NCBI RefSeq assembly: GCF_009834535.1
Contig: NC_045696.1
Location: 2,048,001-2,112,000, forward strand
Reading direction: 5' to 3'
DNA: 64,000 nucleotides
From: Camelus ferus
Lineage: Eukaryota
In this document: positions 50,349 through 61,900 of the stretch, one piece after another
How positions within the stretch are numbered: position 1 is the stretch's first letter
How the letters are laid out: each line of letters starts with the position of its first letter
Program-made: the position numbers and the translations under genes
Notes under the pieces: generated by a model
Databases searched by the model: none
Seen by the model: only the letters and a program-made list of their open reading frames with translations
What the model was told of the DNA's origin: nothing

Positions 50349-52220
50349 GTTCCGTCAGGACGGCGGAGCGGTAGGACCAGCGCTCGCCTCGCCTCGCGAC
50401 AACGAGACCACAACTGAATGCTGAACGACCATCGAGAAAAGACTGGAACCTAGCAAAAAAGACCTTCTGCAACTGGAAACAAAGAGGGAACCACAGCAGG
50501 ACAGTGGGAGGGGCGTGCTCGCGATACAATGGGGCCCCAAGCCCCAGGAGGGGCGACCCACAAGCCGAAGGACAGTTCAGTCACAGAGGCCCTCCCGCAG
50601 GGGTGAGAGCTCTGGGCCCCACGTCGGGCTCCCCAGCTCGGGTCCCGGCACTGGGGAGAGAAGGAGACCCCAGGACATCTGGTTTTGAAGGCCAGGGGGG
50701 CTTGGCTCTGGGAGCCTCATGGGACAAGGGGAAATGGAGACTCCATTCGCTTGAGAAGTGTACACGGAAACTCACGTGCACCGGGTCCAAGGTCAGAGGC
50801 AGTGATTTCATAGGAACCTGAGCCAGGCCTGCCTGCTGGATTTGGAGGGTCTCCTAGGGACATGGGGGATGGCTGCGGCTCACTCAGGGGACATAAAAGC
50901 TGGTGGCGGACATTCCAGGAGTGTTAATCTACATGAGCTTTCCTGGAGGCTGAGGATCTTGACTGGATCATCAGCACCAAGACCGAGCCCCACCCAACAG
51001 CCTATAGGGAAGCCTCAGGCCAAACAATATAGAGTGGGAACACAGCCCCACCCATCAGCAGACTTCCTGAGCCACAGAGGCCTCTAGACACAGCCCTACC
51101 CACCAGAGGTCCAGGACCAAGCTTCACCCAGCAGCGGGCAGGCGCTGGCTCCTCCTGTCAGAAAACCTGCATAAGCCTCTAGTCCAGCCTCATCCACCAG
51201 GGCAGACGCTAGAAATAAGAAAATAATAATCCCAAAGCCTGTGGAAGGAAATCCACAAACACACAGAAAGATGGACAATATGAGGTGGTAGAGGAGTATC
51301 TCCCAGGCCAAGGCACAAGCTAAAATCCCAGAAGAAGAAATAAGTGATGAGGAGATAGGTAATTCATCCGAGAAAGAGTTTAAAGTAATGATGGCCAAGA
51401 TGTTCAGAGAACTCAAGAGGAGTATAGATGCACAGAGTGAAGTTTTTAGCAGAGTTGGAAAATATAAAGAATACCCAAACAGAGCTGAAGAATAAAATCA
51501 CTGAAATGGACAACACACCAGAAGGAACCAAGAACAGACTAAATGAGGCAGAAGAACAGATCAGTGAGCTGGAAGACAGACTAGCGGAAATCACTGCTGC
51601 AGAACAGAAAAAAAGAAAAAAAGAAAAAAAAAGAAATGAGGATAATTTAAGAGAACTCTAGAACAACACGAAGCGCACTAATATTCACATCATAGGGGTC
51701 CCAGAAAGAGAAGAAAGGACCTGAGAAAATTTTTGGAGAGATAGTAACCGAAAACTTCCCCAGCTTGGGAAAGGAAACAGTCACCCAAGTCCTGGAAGCG
51801 CAGAGAGTTCCACACAGGATCAGCTCAAAGAGAAGCACACCAAGGCACACAGTCATCAAATTGACAGCAATTAAGAATAAGGAGAAAATATTAAAATTAG
51901 CAAGAGAAAAGCAACAAATAACATACAAGGGAACTCCCACAAGGTTATCAGCTGAGTTTTCAGCAGAAACTCTGCAGGCCAGAAGGGAGTGGCACGGTAT
52001 ATTTAAAGTGATGCAAGGGGGAAACCTACAACCAAGAACACTCTGTCCAGCAAGGCTCTCCTTCAGACTTGAGGGAGAAATCAAGAGCTTCACAGATAAA
52101 CAAAAGCTACAAGATTTCAGTACCACCAAGCCAGCTTTACAACAAATGTTGAAGGACCTTCTCTAAGTCATCAAACCACAAGAAAAGAGAACAGAAAGAA
52201 GAAAGAGAAAAAAAAAAAAA
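50349..52220 (+). mobile_element. LINE-1 5'UTR + degenerate ORF1 ending in an A-tract
   Basis: ORFs 51428..51661 (coiled coil ELENIKNTQTELKNKITEM) and 51765..52166 (RLSAEFSAETLQARREW..PARLSF..EGEIKSF) are L1 ORF1p; a GC-rich 5'UTR lies upstream. Confidence 0.93.
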
Positions 52221-52231
52221 GAGGTCAACAT

Positions 52232-52745
52232 AAGATTGCTTTGGCTGTTGGGGGTCTTTTGTGGTTCCTTATAAATTCTGGAATTGTTTGTTCTAGTTCT
52301 GTGAGGAGTGTCGTGAGTATTTTGGTGGGGGTTGCGTTGGGTCTGGATTGCTATGGGCAGTGTGGCCATTTTGATAGTGTTGATTCTTCCAATCCAAGAG
52401 CACAAGAAAGCTCTCCATTTCTTCGTGTCATTTCGGTTTTCAGAATACAGGTAACCTCCTTGGTTAAGTTTATTTCTAGGTATTCTGTTGTTTTTGATGT
52501 AACAGAAACGTCTCTGCCAGTTATAAAATTCTGGTTTTTGAAGTGAAAGAAAAAAATGAATGAATGAAGGGCCACAAATGGCAAAGTATCCCTCTTTTTT
52601 ATGGGTGAGTTGTATTCCATTACATATACATGTGCTGCATCTCCATTGTCTATTCAACTATTGATGTGCACTTAGGATGCTGCCATTTCTTGGCAATTAT
52701 AAATAATCTTGCTCTTAGTAGCAGGGTGTATGTATCTTTCTGAAT
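52232..52745 (-). mobile_element. LINE-1 ORF2 fragments
   Basis: Minus-strand peptides CSWIGRINTIKMATLP and YLEINLTKEV, plus ORF2 C-terminal-type sequence at 52570-52745. Confidence 0.85.
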
Positions 52746-52889
52746 GAATTCTTATTTTCTGGTTGGCTTTATTTCTTTGATAACTATGTAAGTTTAAAAA
52801 GCTAAAGCTCTAAACGTTCTTGAAAACAATAAACAGTACATATATGTAAATTAAAAAATATATGTGCAGTAAAAAAAGATCTATTAAGC

Positions 52890-53400
52890 CATTAAAGACA
52901 TAGAAGAAATTTAAAAGACCTATTACTAAATGAAAGAAGCCAGTCTGAAGAGGCTACAAACTGTACGATTCCAGCCAAAGGACCTTCTGGAAAAGGCACA
53001 GCTACAGAAACAATAAAAAGATCATGGTTTCCAGGGGTCTGGGGAGAGGGAGGGAGGGAGGGAGGGGTGAATAGATGGAGCACAAGGGGTTTTTAGGGCG
53101 ATTAAACTATTCTGTATGATACTATAGCAGCAGCTACATGTCATTACGCATTTATCAAAACCCATAGAACGTACAACATCAAGCGTGAACCCTCATGTAA
53201 ACCGTGGACTTCGGTTGATAATAATGTGCCCATGTTGGTTCATCGATTGTACCAAATATGCCACACTGATGAGGGATGCTGAGGGTAGGGGAGTATATAT
53301 GCGTGGGTGGGGAGGGCTGTGGGTGAACTCTGTATTTTCTGCTCAACTCTGTTGTGAATCTAAAACTGCTCTAAAAGAATAAAGTCTATTTAAAAAAAAG
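52890..53400 (+). mobile_element. L1MC-type 3' end
   Basis: attactaaatgaaagaagccagtctgaagaggctaca..ctggaaaaggc..gtgaaccctcatgtaaac..ctaaaactgctctaaaagaataaagtctatt. Confidence 0.8.
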
Positions 53401-53774
53401 ACATTAATAAATTGTGTTGGGACAGCTAAGTACCCAACTAGAAAGTGATCGGATTAAATCCTCGCCTCAGGGAGATCAAAGATTTACATGTAGAAAGTGA
53501 AACCGTGAAATTTTTAGACAAAAACACAACAAATTTCTTAATGATCCTGGAGTGCAGAAGACCTTTCTAATATGTGTCAAAATCCAGAGACCAAAAAATA
53601 AAAGGTGGATGAATTTGCATAAAAATTAAAACATGTGCCTGGAAAAAAAATACCAAAAGACAAGTTGAAAAAAAATGGTAACATATCACAAAGGATTAAT
53701 CTTCCTAATATATGATACATAAAGAGCTCCTAAAAATCAAGAGGAATAAGAATAACCCAATAAAAAGAGGTAAG

Positions 53775-54386
53775 ACAGGAACCGCACCCATTCCCCAGGT
53801 GACCCACGACTCCTGTCCGACTTGGCTGCAAATCGGAGGCTTGCGTGGCCCCTCCTGGGTCCAGTTGGTTTGCTGGATTGGCTCACAGAACTGGGGGAAC
53901 GCCTTTACCAGTTTAGTAAAGGACATGATGAAGGACGCAGAGGACGGAGGAGGAGATGCGCAGGGCCACGGCTGGGAGGTCCCACGTCCAGAGGCTTCGG
54001 GCCCTGTGGAGCTGGGGTGTGTCCCCTCCTGGGACGGGGATGTGTTGACCAGCCTGGAAGCTCTCTGAACCGCTGACAGTGGGATTGCATGGAAGCTTCC
54101 TCACAGAGGCATGGTGGGTTATTAACTCCACTTCCAGCCCCTCTTTTTCAAGAGAATGGGAGGCGGGGCTGAAAGTTCCAAGCTTCTAATCCAGCCTTGC
54201 TCTTCCTGCTGAGACTGGCCCCCATCCAGGAGCCCCCCGCCCATCCCTCCCCACCCCCTCATCCCCCAAGTCACCTCTCTAGGACAAAAGATGCTCCTAG
54301 TTCTCTTGTCACTGAGGAATTTACAAGGGTCGCAGAAGCTCTGTACAAGGAACCCAGAGGCCAGTGAAAATCTTCTGTGATCACAC
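53775..54386 (-). mobile_element. MER21-type LTR
   Basis: gacttggctgcaaatcggagg..ggctcacagaact..cctggaagctctctgaacc..ggggctgaaagttccaagcttctaatc..aggaatttacaaggg. Confidence 0.75.
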
Positions 54387-54831
54387 ACCCATCAAATCAG
54401 CAGAAATCCAGGTCTGACGACACACTGAATGGGGGACTTAGCAGGAAGTGGGTCTCACGCTTGCTGCTGGCGGAGGCTTAGAGGCAGCAGCATCTGGGGC
54501 CGGGGACGAACTGGCAGTGTCCCTCGAAATGCCAGCGTCTTCACAGCACTATGCAGAGGAGACACGTGGCCGCCGGGCCTGCCCGCACACAGGGAGTCGG
54601 GGAGGGAGACACGTGGGCAGGTCCGAGGAGACCGGGACCCCTCCACGCACACCGGGTTATACAGTGGATGCATTAACTACTCAGAGAAACTAAACAGACG
54701 GAAATTAATCTTTCCTATCACTTAAGAACCCTCCTGGGAATGATTTTTCTCACCTGAACTTTATACACAGTCAGACATCCTACCAATAAAACCAGATGAG
54801 TTCGAGGTTCTTTATAATTAAGAGATGTCTT

Positions 54832-55188
54832 CAAATGAACTTATTTACAAAATAGAAACAGACTCACAGACATAGGAAATAAACTATGGTTACCAGTCAG
54901 GGAAAGGGGGAGGGAAGGGATAAATTAGGAGTTTGGGATTTGCAGGTACAAACTACAATATATAAAATAGAAAAACAACACGTTTCTTCTGTACAGCACA
55001 GGGAACTGTATTCAGTATGTTGTAGTAACCTGTACTGAAAAAGAATCTGAAAACAAATATATGTGTGTACATGTATGACTGAAACACTGTGCTGTACACC
55101 AGAAATTGACACAACATTGTAAACTGACTACACTTCAATAAAAAATTTTTTTTAAATAGGTAACAACAATTGAAAAGAGAAAAAAAAA
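54832..55188 (+). mobile_element. LINE-1 3'UTR fragment with A-rich tail
   Basis: aaatgaacttatttacaaaatagaaacagactcacagacatag...ctacacttcaataaaaa; degenerate TSD aagagatgtctt (54820-54831) / tagaaatgcctt (55189-55200). Confidence 0.9.
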
Positions 55189-56971
55189 TAGAAATGCCTT
55201 AGAGACTTTCTCTAAGAGCAGGCAGGCCCTTTTCTCAGAGGCTGGGCCCCTGTGTCCCTGGAGGATGATGTGTGTTGACCAGGGCACCTGCTGCAGGCCC
55301 GTCTTTCCTGGGTAGCTGTCACTGCAGTCACTTACCAGAGGGTCCTGGGCCCACAGGCCCCTCACTTCCCAAATACCTCGCCAGCCAGTGCGCTTGGGAC
55401 CCACTTCCACGGCTGGAGGCTCAGCCCCGGCGCCCTGGGCTCCTAAAGCTGCCCCCCCCACCCCGGGCAGCCCAACGCAAGTGCAGGGCTTTCTGCAGGC
55501 TGGAGGGCAGCTGGCTGACACCCTAGCTGCCCTGTCCCCGCCTCCACCTTGGATGCTAGAAAGCCAAGCATGCACATTGCCAGCCGCCTTCCAGCCGGGG
55601 TGGCCGAGGCAGATGACACGCTGGCCAGGGAGGTGCAGGCTCTGGCCTTGGCCTTGGCCGGCTGCAGAGCAGGTCAGCACGGACCTGGCTGTGTTCTCAC
55701 TGTGGGCAAACTACTCCCGGTTTAGGTCACCGTTAGCATGTCCCTGTCACTTGCAGCCAGTGCCGTGAGTCACAGACCCCAGAGTGTGGGCTCTGCTCTG
55801 TGATGACTAAGGACTCAGACACAGTGCCATCCGTGGGCTTGGGTGAAGAGCATGGCTCGCTGGGGCCCTGAGGGGACAGCAGGTGCTCTGGCCGGTGATG
55901 GTCACAGCAGTCCTGCAAGAGGAGGCTGGACTCAAACCAGGGGCCACTCTGGAACCTGAGAGGCACAGCGACAGCCCCTCCCTGTCGGCCTGGGAGCTGC
56001 GATCCAAATCCACTGGGGTCCCCCGAACCACGGCCTGCAGGGTTGGAGTGTCAGACCCCGCAGCCTGCGCTGGGGCCGGTACGCTCAGAGCGCGGAAGAT
56101 GGAAACCACCTGTGTGGGTTGCTGACGCGCTTTGGTGCCTTTGAGCAGGAGACAGGCCACACACAGCAGCCTCACCCTCGCAGCCTGGGCTCTGTCCTGA
56201 TGCTCTGTGCATGTGCAGGCCCTGACGCCTGCTAGGCTACAGACAAGCCCCAGGACAGGAGAAGCCTGTGACAAAGCTCAGGGCGGAGCATTCGCCCCGG
56301 GAGACGTAAAGCAGATGCTGTTCCAGGGCCCCCGGCCCTGCTGGACAGACTGCGGAGTTCCATCCTCCCTGGGCCACCTGCACCTGGCTGGAGCCCAGGT
56401 CATGCATTGTTAAGTGGCCAGTCATCTGGGCCAGCCTCTAAGTGGGTTGTGTGGCAATGGAGGCTCCAGCTGGATGGCAGGAAGGCCAGGGGTGGGGGGC
56501 TGCAGGATGTGGGCACACCTCCACCCATGAAGGCCTCCGGGCAGGACCACAGTGTGACCACTGAGAATAGGCCCCTGTGTTTCTATTTGCTCTGTCTGTG
56601 TCCCCAGATGACTTCTGAATCCTTGCTGGAAACTCAGCCTATCTGTGAGAGGAGCGCAGGGCCCGGAGACACAGGAGAGTCCCCCAGATGAGTTTAACCT
56701 CAGGTCTTCAGTGACCCAACCTCACTCCCTGTCCATTAGTGAATTCCTGATTCTGCATTTTTAAAGTAAATGAAACCACCTATTGCTCACTCTCGGGGTC
56801 CTCAAGTCCCCCTTATTTGAAGACAGTGTTATTTAAGAGACGTTTCCTTGATTTAAATGACGATGGTTCCAGCTGGGGCTTGGTTTCAGGTGGCTCTGGG
56901 TTCTGTCCCTGATAGTCACCCCACTTGTCATCAGCCTGCGCTGAAAATCAGGCCCAGGATCTGACTGTAAG

Positions 56972-57090
56972 CTGGTGACTTACTGTCCCGTGACAACTGC
57001 CTGAGACTGAAGGGTTTTGTTTCCAGAATGTGGGACTTCCAGGGTTAAACCCAGGACTGTCTCAGGAAAATTGGGATTGTGGTCACCTGA
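56972..57090. mobile_element. MER81-like hAT-Blackjack MITE
   Basis: ggtgac...gggacttccagggttaaacccaggactgtctcaggaaaattgggattgtggtcacc with degenerate TIRs. Confidence 0.55.
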
Positions 57091-57659
57091 ATCATGAGGA
57101 AGGCAGAGCCGCAAGGCAGTCCTGTGACCTTGACGGGTCTCCTCTGCAGAGGACGAGGCATGCGGTCGGAATGGGACTCAGGAGAGACTCAGGAGGGACA
57201 ATCTTACTAGACAAGCCCGCAAATCTCCAGCTCCAAATTCCCCGCCCTCCGGGCCAGCAGAAGCAGCCTCCCTCTCCCTTGCGAGGGAGAGTGTCTCCCC
57301 CACCCCGACCCTGTACCCGGAGACCTGCGAGACCCCACCTGAGTCAGGTGTCCCGCAGGTGATCCCAGGCCGGGATTGCTGACGAGCTGGGAAAGGTGCA
57401 CGGAGCGGCCCTGCCCTGCTGTGGAGGTGGTCCCTGAGTCGTTGTCGTGGAGACACCACATAGCCTGATGGAGCACAGAACTGCCTCAGTGGAGTGGTAA
57501 GGGCAGGGGCCAGACGGCTCAGGAGGGGAAAAGCTGGATCAGGTTCTCTGTACAACCAGAGAACCCGCCATCTGACTAGTGGACCCAGGGAGGTCAGAGG
57601 CTCCCACACTCTTCACCGAGGCAGTGGGGATGTGCTAACGTGGGGCACTGTCATCACAG

Positions 57660-57830
57660 TGCCAACTAAAACAAATTGCACAGCCTGCGAGTTGAGAGTG
57701 ACATTTTCTTCTGTGGATTTCCTGAGGACTCGAGCCCGGGTAGGCGGCCTCTCAGACAGATCTAAGGGACGGCTCCAAAGAGGCAGGGAGGAGCCAGGAT
57801 GTATAAGAGTTTCTGCAACAAAGACAAGGG
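57660..57830 (-). mobile_element. Partial ERV LTR of the same family as 39425-39932
   Basis: Its reverse complement aligns by eye to 39755-39932 (ctttgttg, atcctggctcctccc, gagccgtccct, tctgagagg, agtcctcag, actctcaac). Confidence 0.75.
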
Positions 57831-58332
57831 TGGGTGGGCGCAGCACGGTCTGTTGGATGATGGAAATGGGACATTTGGGACCAAGCTCGAGCACGAGAAG
57901 TTACACAGACCGTGGTCCAGACCCTCGTCTTGCCTCTGTCACCTGACCCCCCCCAGCCCCCCTTGGCCCCTTGGGGGTGCTCCCTAAGTCCCGAGGGGCT
58001 GCTAGAGGGAGCATCGTAGGTCTGATTCTTGAGTGGCTCAGCCCAGTGTGACTGCACAGTGGAAACGCACCGCCGCGCCGCAGCCCGAAGGCAGTGGGCA
58101 GAGGTTAGAGAGCTGCCCGGGCCGGACCTTCGGACGGAGGGAGACGTGGCTTGTGGTGGTGCTGTGGGGTGCTGTCTAGGCGGCTCGGCTCGCTAGTCCA
58201 TTGCCAGAAGCAAAACTGGAAGCAAAATCTGTGAAAATAGCAACAGTGACTTTGGGTGTAAAAACGGGAAAGACCTCAAATGCTGGGAAGTATTCAGGGG
58301 TGAGCAGGTGTGAACACTTTTTTTAAAAAACT

Positions 58333-58440
58333 ATTTTTTGTTTTTTTGTTTTGGGGGGGTAATTGGGTTTATTTTTGAGCTCAGGATCCTGTGCACGCTA
58401 AGCATGTGCTCTACCACTGAGCTGTAGCCCCCCGCCCCAC
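58333..58440 (-). mobile_element. tRNA-derived SINE (Vic-1-like), internally deleted
   Basis: TACAGCTCAGTGGTAGAGCACATGCTTAGCGTGCACAGGATCCTGAG on the minus strand; gaacact occurs on both sides. Confidence 0.8.
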
Positions 58441-58847
58441 CCCGAACACTGACTTAAGCTCCTGCATTGGTTGGAAGGAGAGGCAAACGTGCCCCTGAAC
58501 CTCAGGACGAATCACGTTAAGAATGTGTGTTAAGAGTAGCCACTCAAAGAATAAAAATACCTTGTAGAGGAGGGAGAGTTGGGGAAGGAAGCTTAACCGG
58601 AAGGCAGAAAGAGACAGAAAATGCTGAAAAGTGGTAAAAATAAAGTGAGTCCTAAAACCCATGAAGCTCACTGGTTGAAAGGCATTTATTTTCTTACTGG
58701 ATTAAAACCAAAATTGACCAGTACATGTTGTTTGCAAGAGATATAAGAGACAAACTCCCAAATATAAGGACACAGAGAGGTTAAAAGAAAGGAAAAATTA
58801 TACACTAAGCAAAAAAAAGTAATACGTAGCTATGTTGACATTAGATT

Positions 58848-58968
58848 GGGAGGAGGGTACAGCTCAGGGGTAGAGCGCGTGCTTAGCATGCACAGTCCTG
58901 GGTTCAATCCCCAGCACCTCCGTTAAAAATAAACAAACAAATAAATAAATCTAATCACCCCCCGCAAA
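58848..58968 (+). mobile_element. tRNA-derived SINE (Vic-1-like)
   Basis: gggaggagggtacagctcaggggtagagcgcgtgcttagcatgcacagtcctgggttcaatccccagcacctcc followed by an (AAAT/AAAC) tail. Confidence 0.88.
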
Positions 58969-61900
58969 GAGGTCCTAAGACAACCTGTTCCCCAGGCAGA
59001 AAGTGTAACTGAAATAAAACGGGATATTTAATTCTGTTTCCCACACCTCCAACTTAGCTCCAGGTGGACGAAAGTCCCAAATGAAAAGTAAACGTTACGG
59101 TTTTCAGAACAAAATGTAAGCGAACCGGCTGTGACTTCAAGAAGGGAAAGGGTTTCGTAGCGAGACACAGAGTGCACAAAGCACAGAGGAGACAGGGCGT
59201 GCGCGCAGAGCCATTAAACGAGAAAGTTCTACACATCAGAGACACAAACGTAAAGGGAAGAACAAACCAGAAACGGGAAGGCTTTGATAATGCGTAAAAT
59301 CAACCCCAAATCCGTGCGTATGACGTATATAGAGAATGCTTAGGAATCAGAAAGAAAAGGCCGGCAACACCACGGCAGACCAAGGGATGTCCCCACAGCC
59401 CTGCGGAGGAAGCGCCCGCAGCCAGGCGAGGGCTGAACCACTCAGACCCCTGCGCGCAGCGGGGTGTGCGGCAACGCACTTGCCTGGGGAGACAAAGGTA
59501 GGACCCGAGAAAGCAGGGCCTCCTCCTCCCCAGATGCAGCCATTCCCGCTGCAAACGTGCGCCCGACCAGAGCAGGACCAGAGCACAGAGGAACGTGGAC
59601 GGGAGAGTCACAGCGGCACAGAGCACTGCAGCCAAACACGGGACACCTGTAGGTCCAACTGGGCAATGGACGGACTCGAGATGGTCACCCAAGGAAGCGT
59701 GATGGGGTGGCAAGGATGGACTGCACCGCCTGCATGATCACCCCCTCCCCCCAGAACACTGAAAGAGACAAACAAGAAGCAGAGTGACCGCTCCATGCGC
59801 TCCCCATCCCGCCCACCTGGATAACACCCTGCAGGGCCGTGGGGGAGGGCAGAGGCGGCGGGTCCAGGCTGACCGCTGGCTGGCCACGCTCTCTCCGCTG
59901 TCACTCTCTGCGTGTTAGTGTTTCCTCCTGGGTTGATGTGACCTTAAGCAAGTACCCCTGTGAATTGCCCAGAACAGGGCCAGGCCCACAAGATCACCAT
60001 GGAAGTCTCAGCTGTTACTGTTTAGGGATAAATGCACAAGGCCACTGGGCAGGATGGGTGAGACGCGTGAGGCTGCAGTGTTTGGGGACAGGCACCTGGG
60101 CGTCTATTTCACTGTTCTTGATGTCTTTCGGTATGTTTCAGACACTTGGTTAAATGGTCACTTTGTTGGTGGTGCTCTGTTTTTCCTTAAGCTGTTTTTC
60201 CTTCTGAAAGTTCATCTTGGGGCTTCCTTTCAAAACCACCCCACTCATCCCTCACCCTCCCACCCCAGGCCTTTGGAACAGTTCCCGTAGAGTGATACAC
60301 GGGTCATGCGCTGCTGGGGACTTCCAGTGTCATTGTGAGATTCCCCTTCGAAAGTCACTGGCCTGCCACCCTCCAGGACCCTCCCAAGTTCTGGCAGCTT
60401 CTGTGCAGGATGGCTCTCCTTTGCTCTCCAGTTCTCTTGACCCCAGCTTCAGGGGCTCTGGGCCCCTTGGGGCCACACAAGGAGCAGCCAAGATGTCTGG
60501 GGGGTGAGGGGCAGGGAAGCTGGCATGTGTCCCCCTAGCTCCTCCTGCAGGGGGGTGACATCTGCAAAGACTCTGGAACAAAGGGCTCCTTCCAAACCCT
60601 TAAGGGCAGTCATCAGATCCTAGAGACTGTGAGACTGACCAGCTGTAGCACCTGCCTGTTCAAGGCGCTGCCCTGGGGCCACCCCGGGCCCCTCAACATG
60701 CTCAGTGCTGCCAGGTGAATTTCCTGCTCGTCCCAGCCCAGACCTGGTGACAGGCAGGGGCCCCTCTCAGAGCAGTTACCTTGGCCACTCCTGGTGATGA
60801 GTCCTTCTCTGCCCTTCAGACGTACCTCTCCCCGCCCAGGGCCGTCTCCCCAGGACCAGGGAGCAGACACTCACTCTCTCCCCGTCCCGTCCCTGGGGAG
60901 GTCAGGGCCCAACCTCTGGCGCCTTGCTCAGTGCACCACTGCCTCCTGCCCTCAGGGTACCTCTGGGCACGTCCAGTTAGCCCACCCGGGTGGCCTGGTC
61001 ACGTGGCCCCCACCCCACCCTTGTGCCTCCCCTCCAGGGCGCCCGCCTTCCGAGAGCCTCCTGCCCGGGTCTGGGGATGCTGGGCTCAGCTTCCTGCAGC
61101 AGCTGTCATGGAAGAAACCTGCCTTTGCCGCCTCTGACTGGGGTCCGGCTTTGTTTGTCTTTGGCGGGGGTCAGGGCCGGCTGCTCCTTGCATCCTCCAT
61201 TTGGGGCCTTGGGCAGCCGCTGCCCACTCCGGGGGCAGCCCCTCCACTACCTGCTCCTAAAGGGCAGAACCTGTCTTTGTCGCTTTCTGGCTGGGAGGGA
61301 GCTGGTAACACAGGCCCAGCCAGAGCAGATGAGCGAGCACGCAGCCAGCGCTCCTGCCTCTCCAGGTGGCGTGGGGTAACCAGCTGTGCTCTGCAGGCCC
61401 CCGGGACCTGGGAACCAGCTGTTGATTGAGACCCAAGGTCCCTTTCCCAGCCCCCCTCCCACCTCCCCCAACCCTGGAGACCCAGACGGCCCCCTCTTCG
61501 AGGGGTCCACTCTGCCGGCTACCAGGCCCTGAACGAGGGTGGCCTTCAACCTTCAGACCGTTTTTCAGTGCCCGCCTGGGGTGGGGGAGCGACCGTTTCT
61601 GTGTGCGTGTTCTGGGACCAGCAGGAAGGTCGCCCCGAGTCCTCACGGGTTGCCTGCATCCTACCAGCGAGAGGAGCCTCCTGGAGACCTGGGGAGAGCC
61701 CACCGCTGATCTCCTAACCAGTGATTGTGACAGAAGTCAGAATCCCCTTGGGCTCAGGACAGGAAAAGGCATTTCAAAGAGTCTAAAAGAGGGAACAGTG
61801 TTGTTCGGGGTAGTAAAGCGGATTTCCCCCCTGGGGCCCTCTGCTGCGTGGTCTGGGTGGGTGGGGGCTTGTTTCCCGCTCCGTCAGTCCCCGCCCCAGC

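Noticed and set aside
58848..58920. tRNA-gene-like A/B boxes (also at 21570-21643)
   Set aside because: Followed by a SINE body and A-rich tail and present in three copies, so these are SINEs and not tRNA genes.
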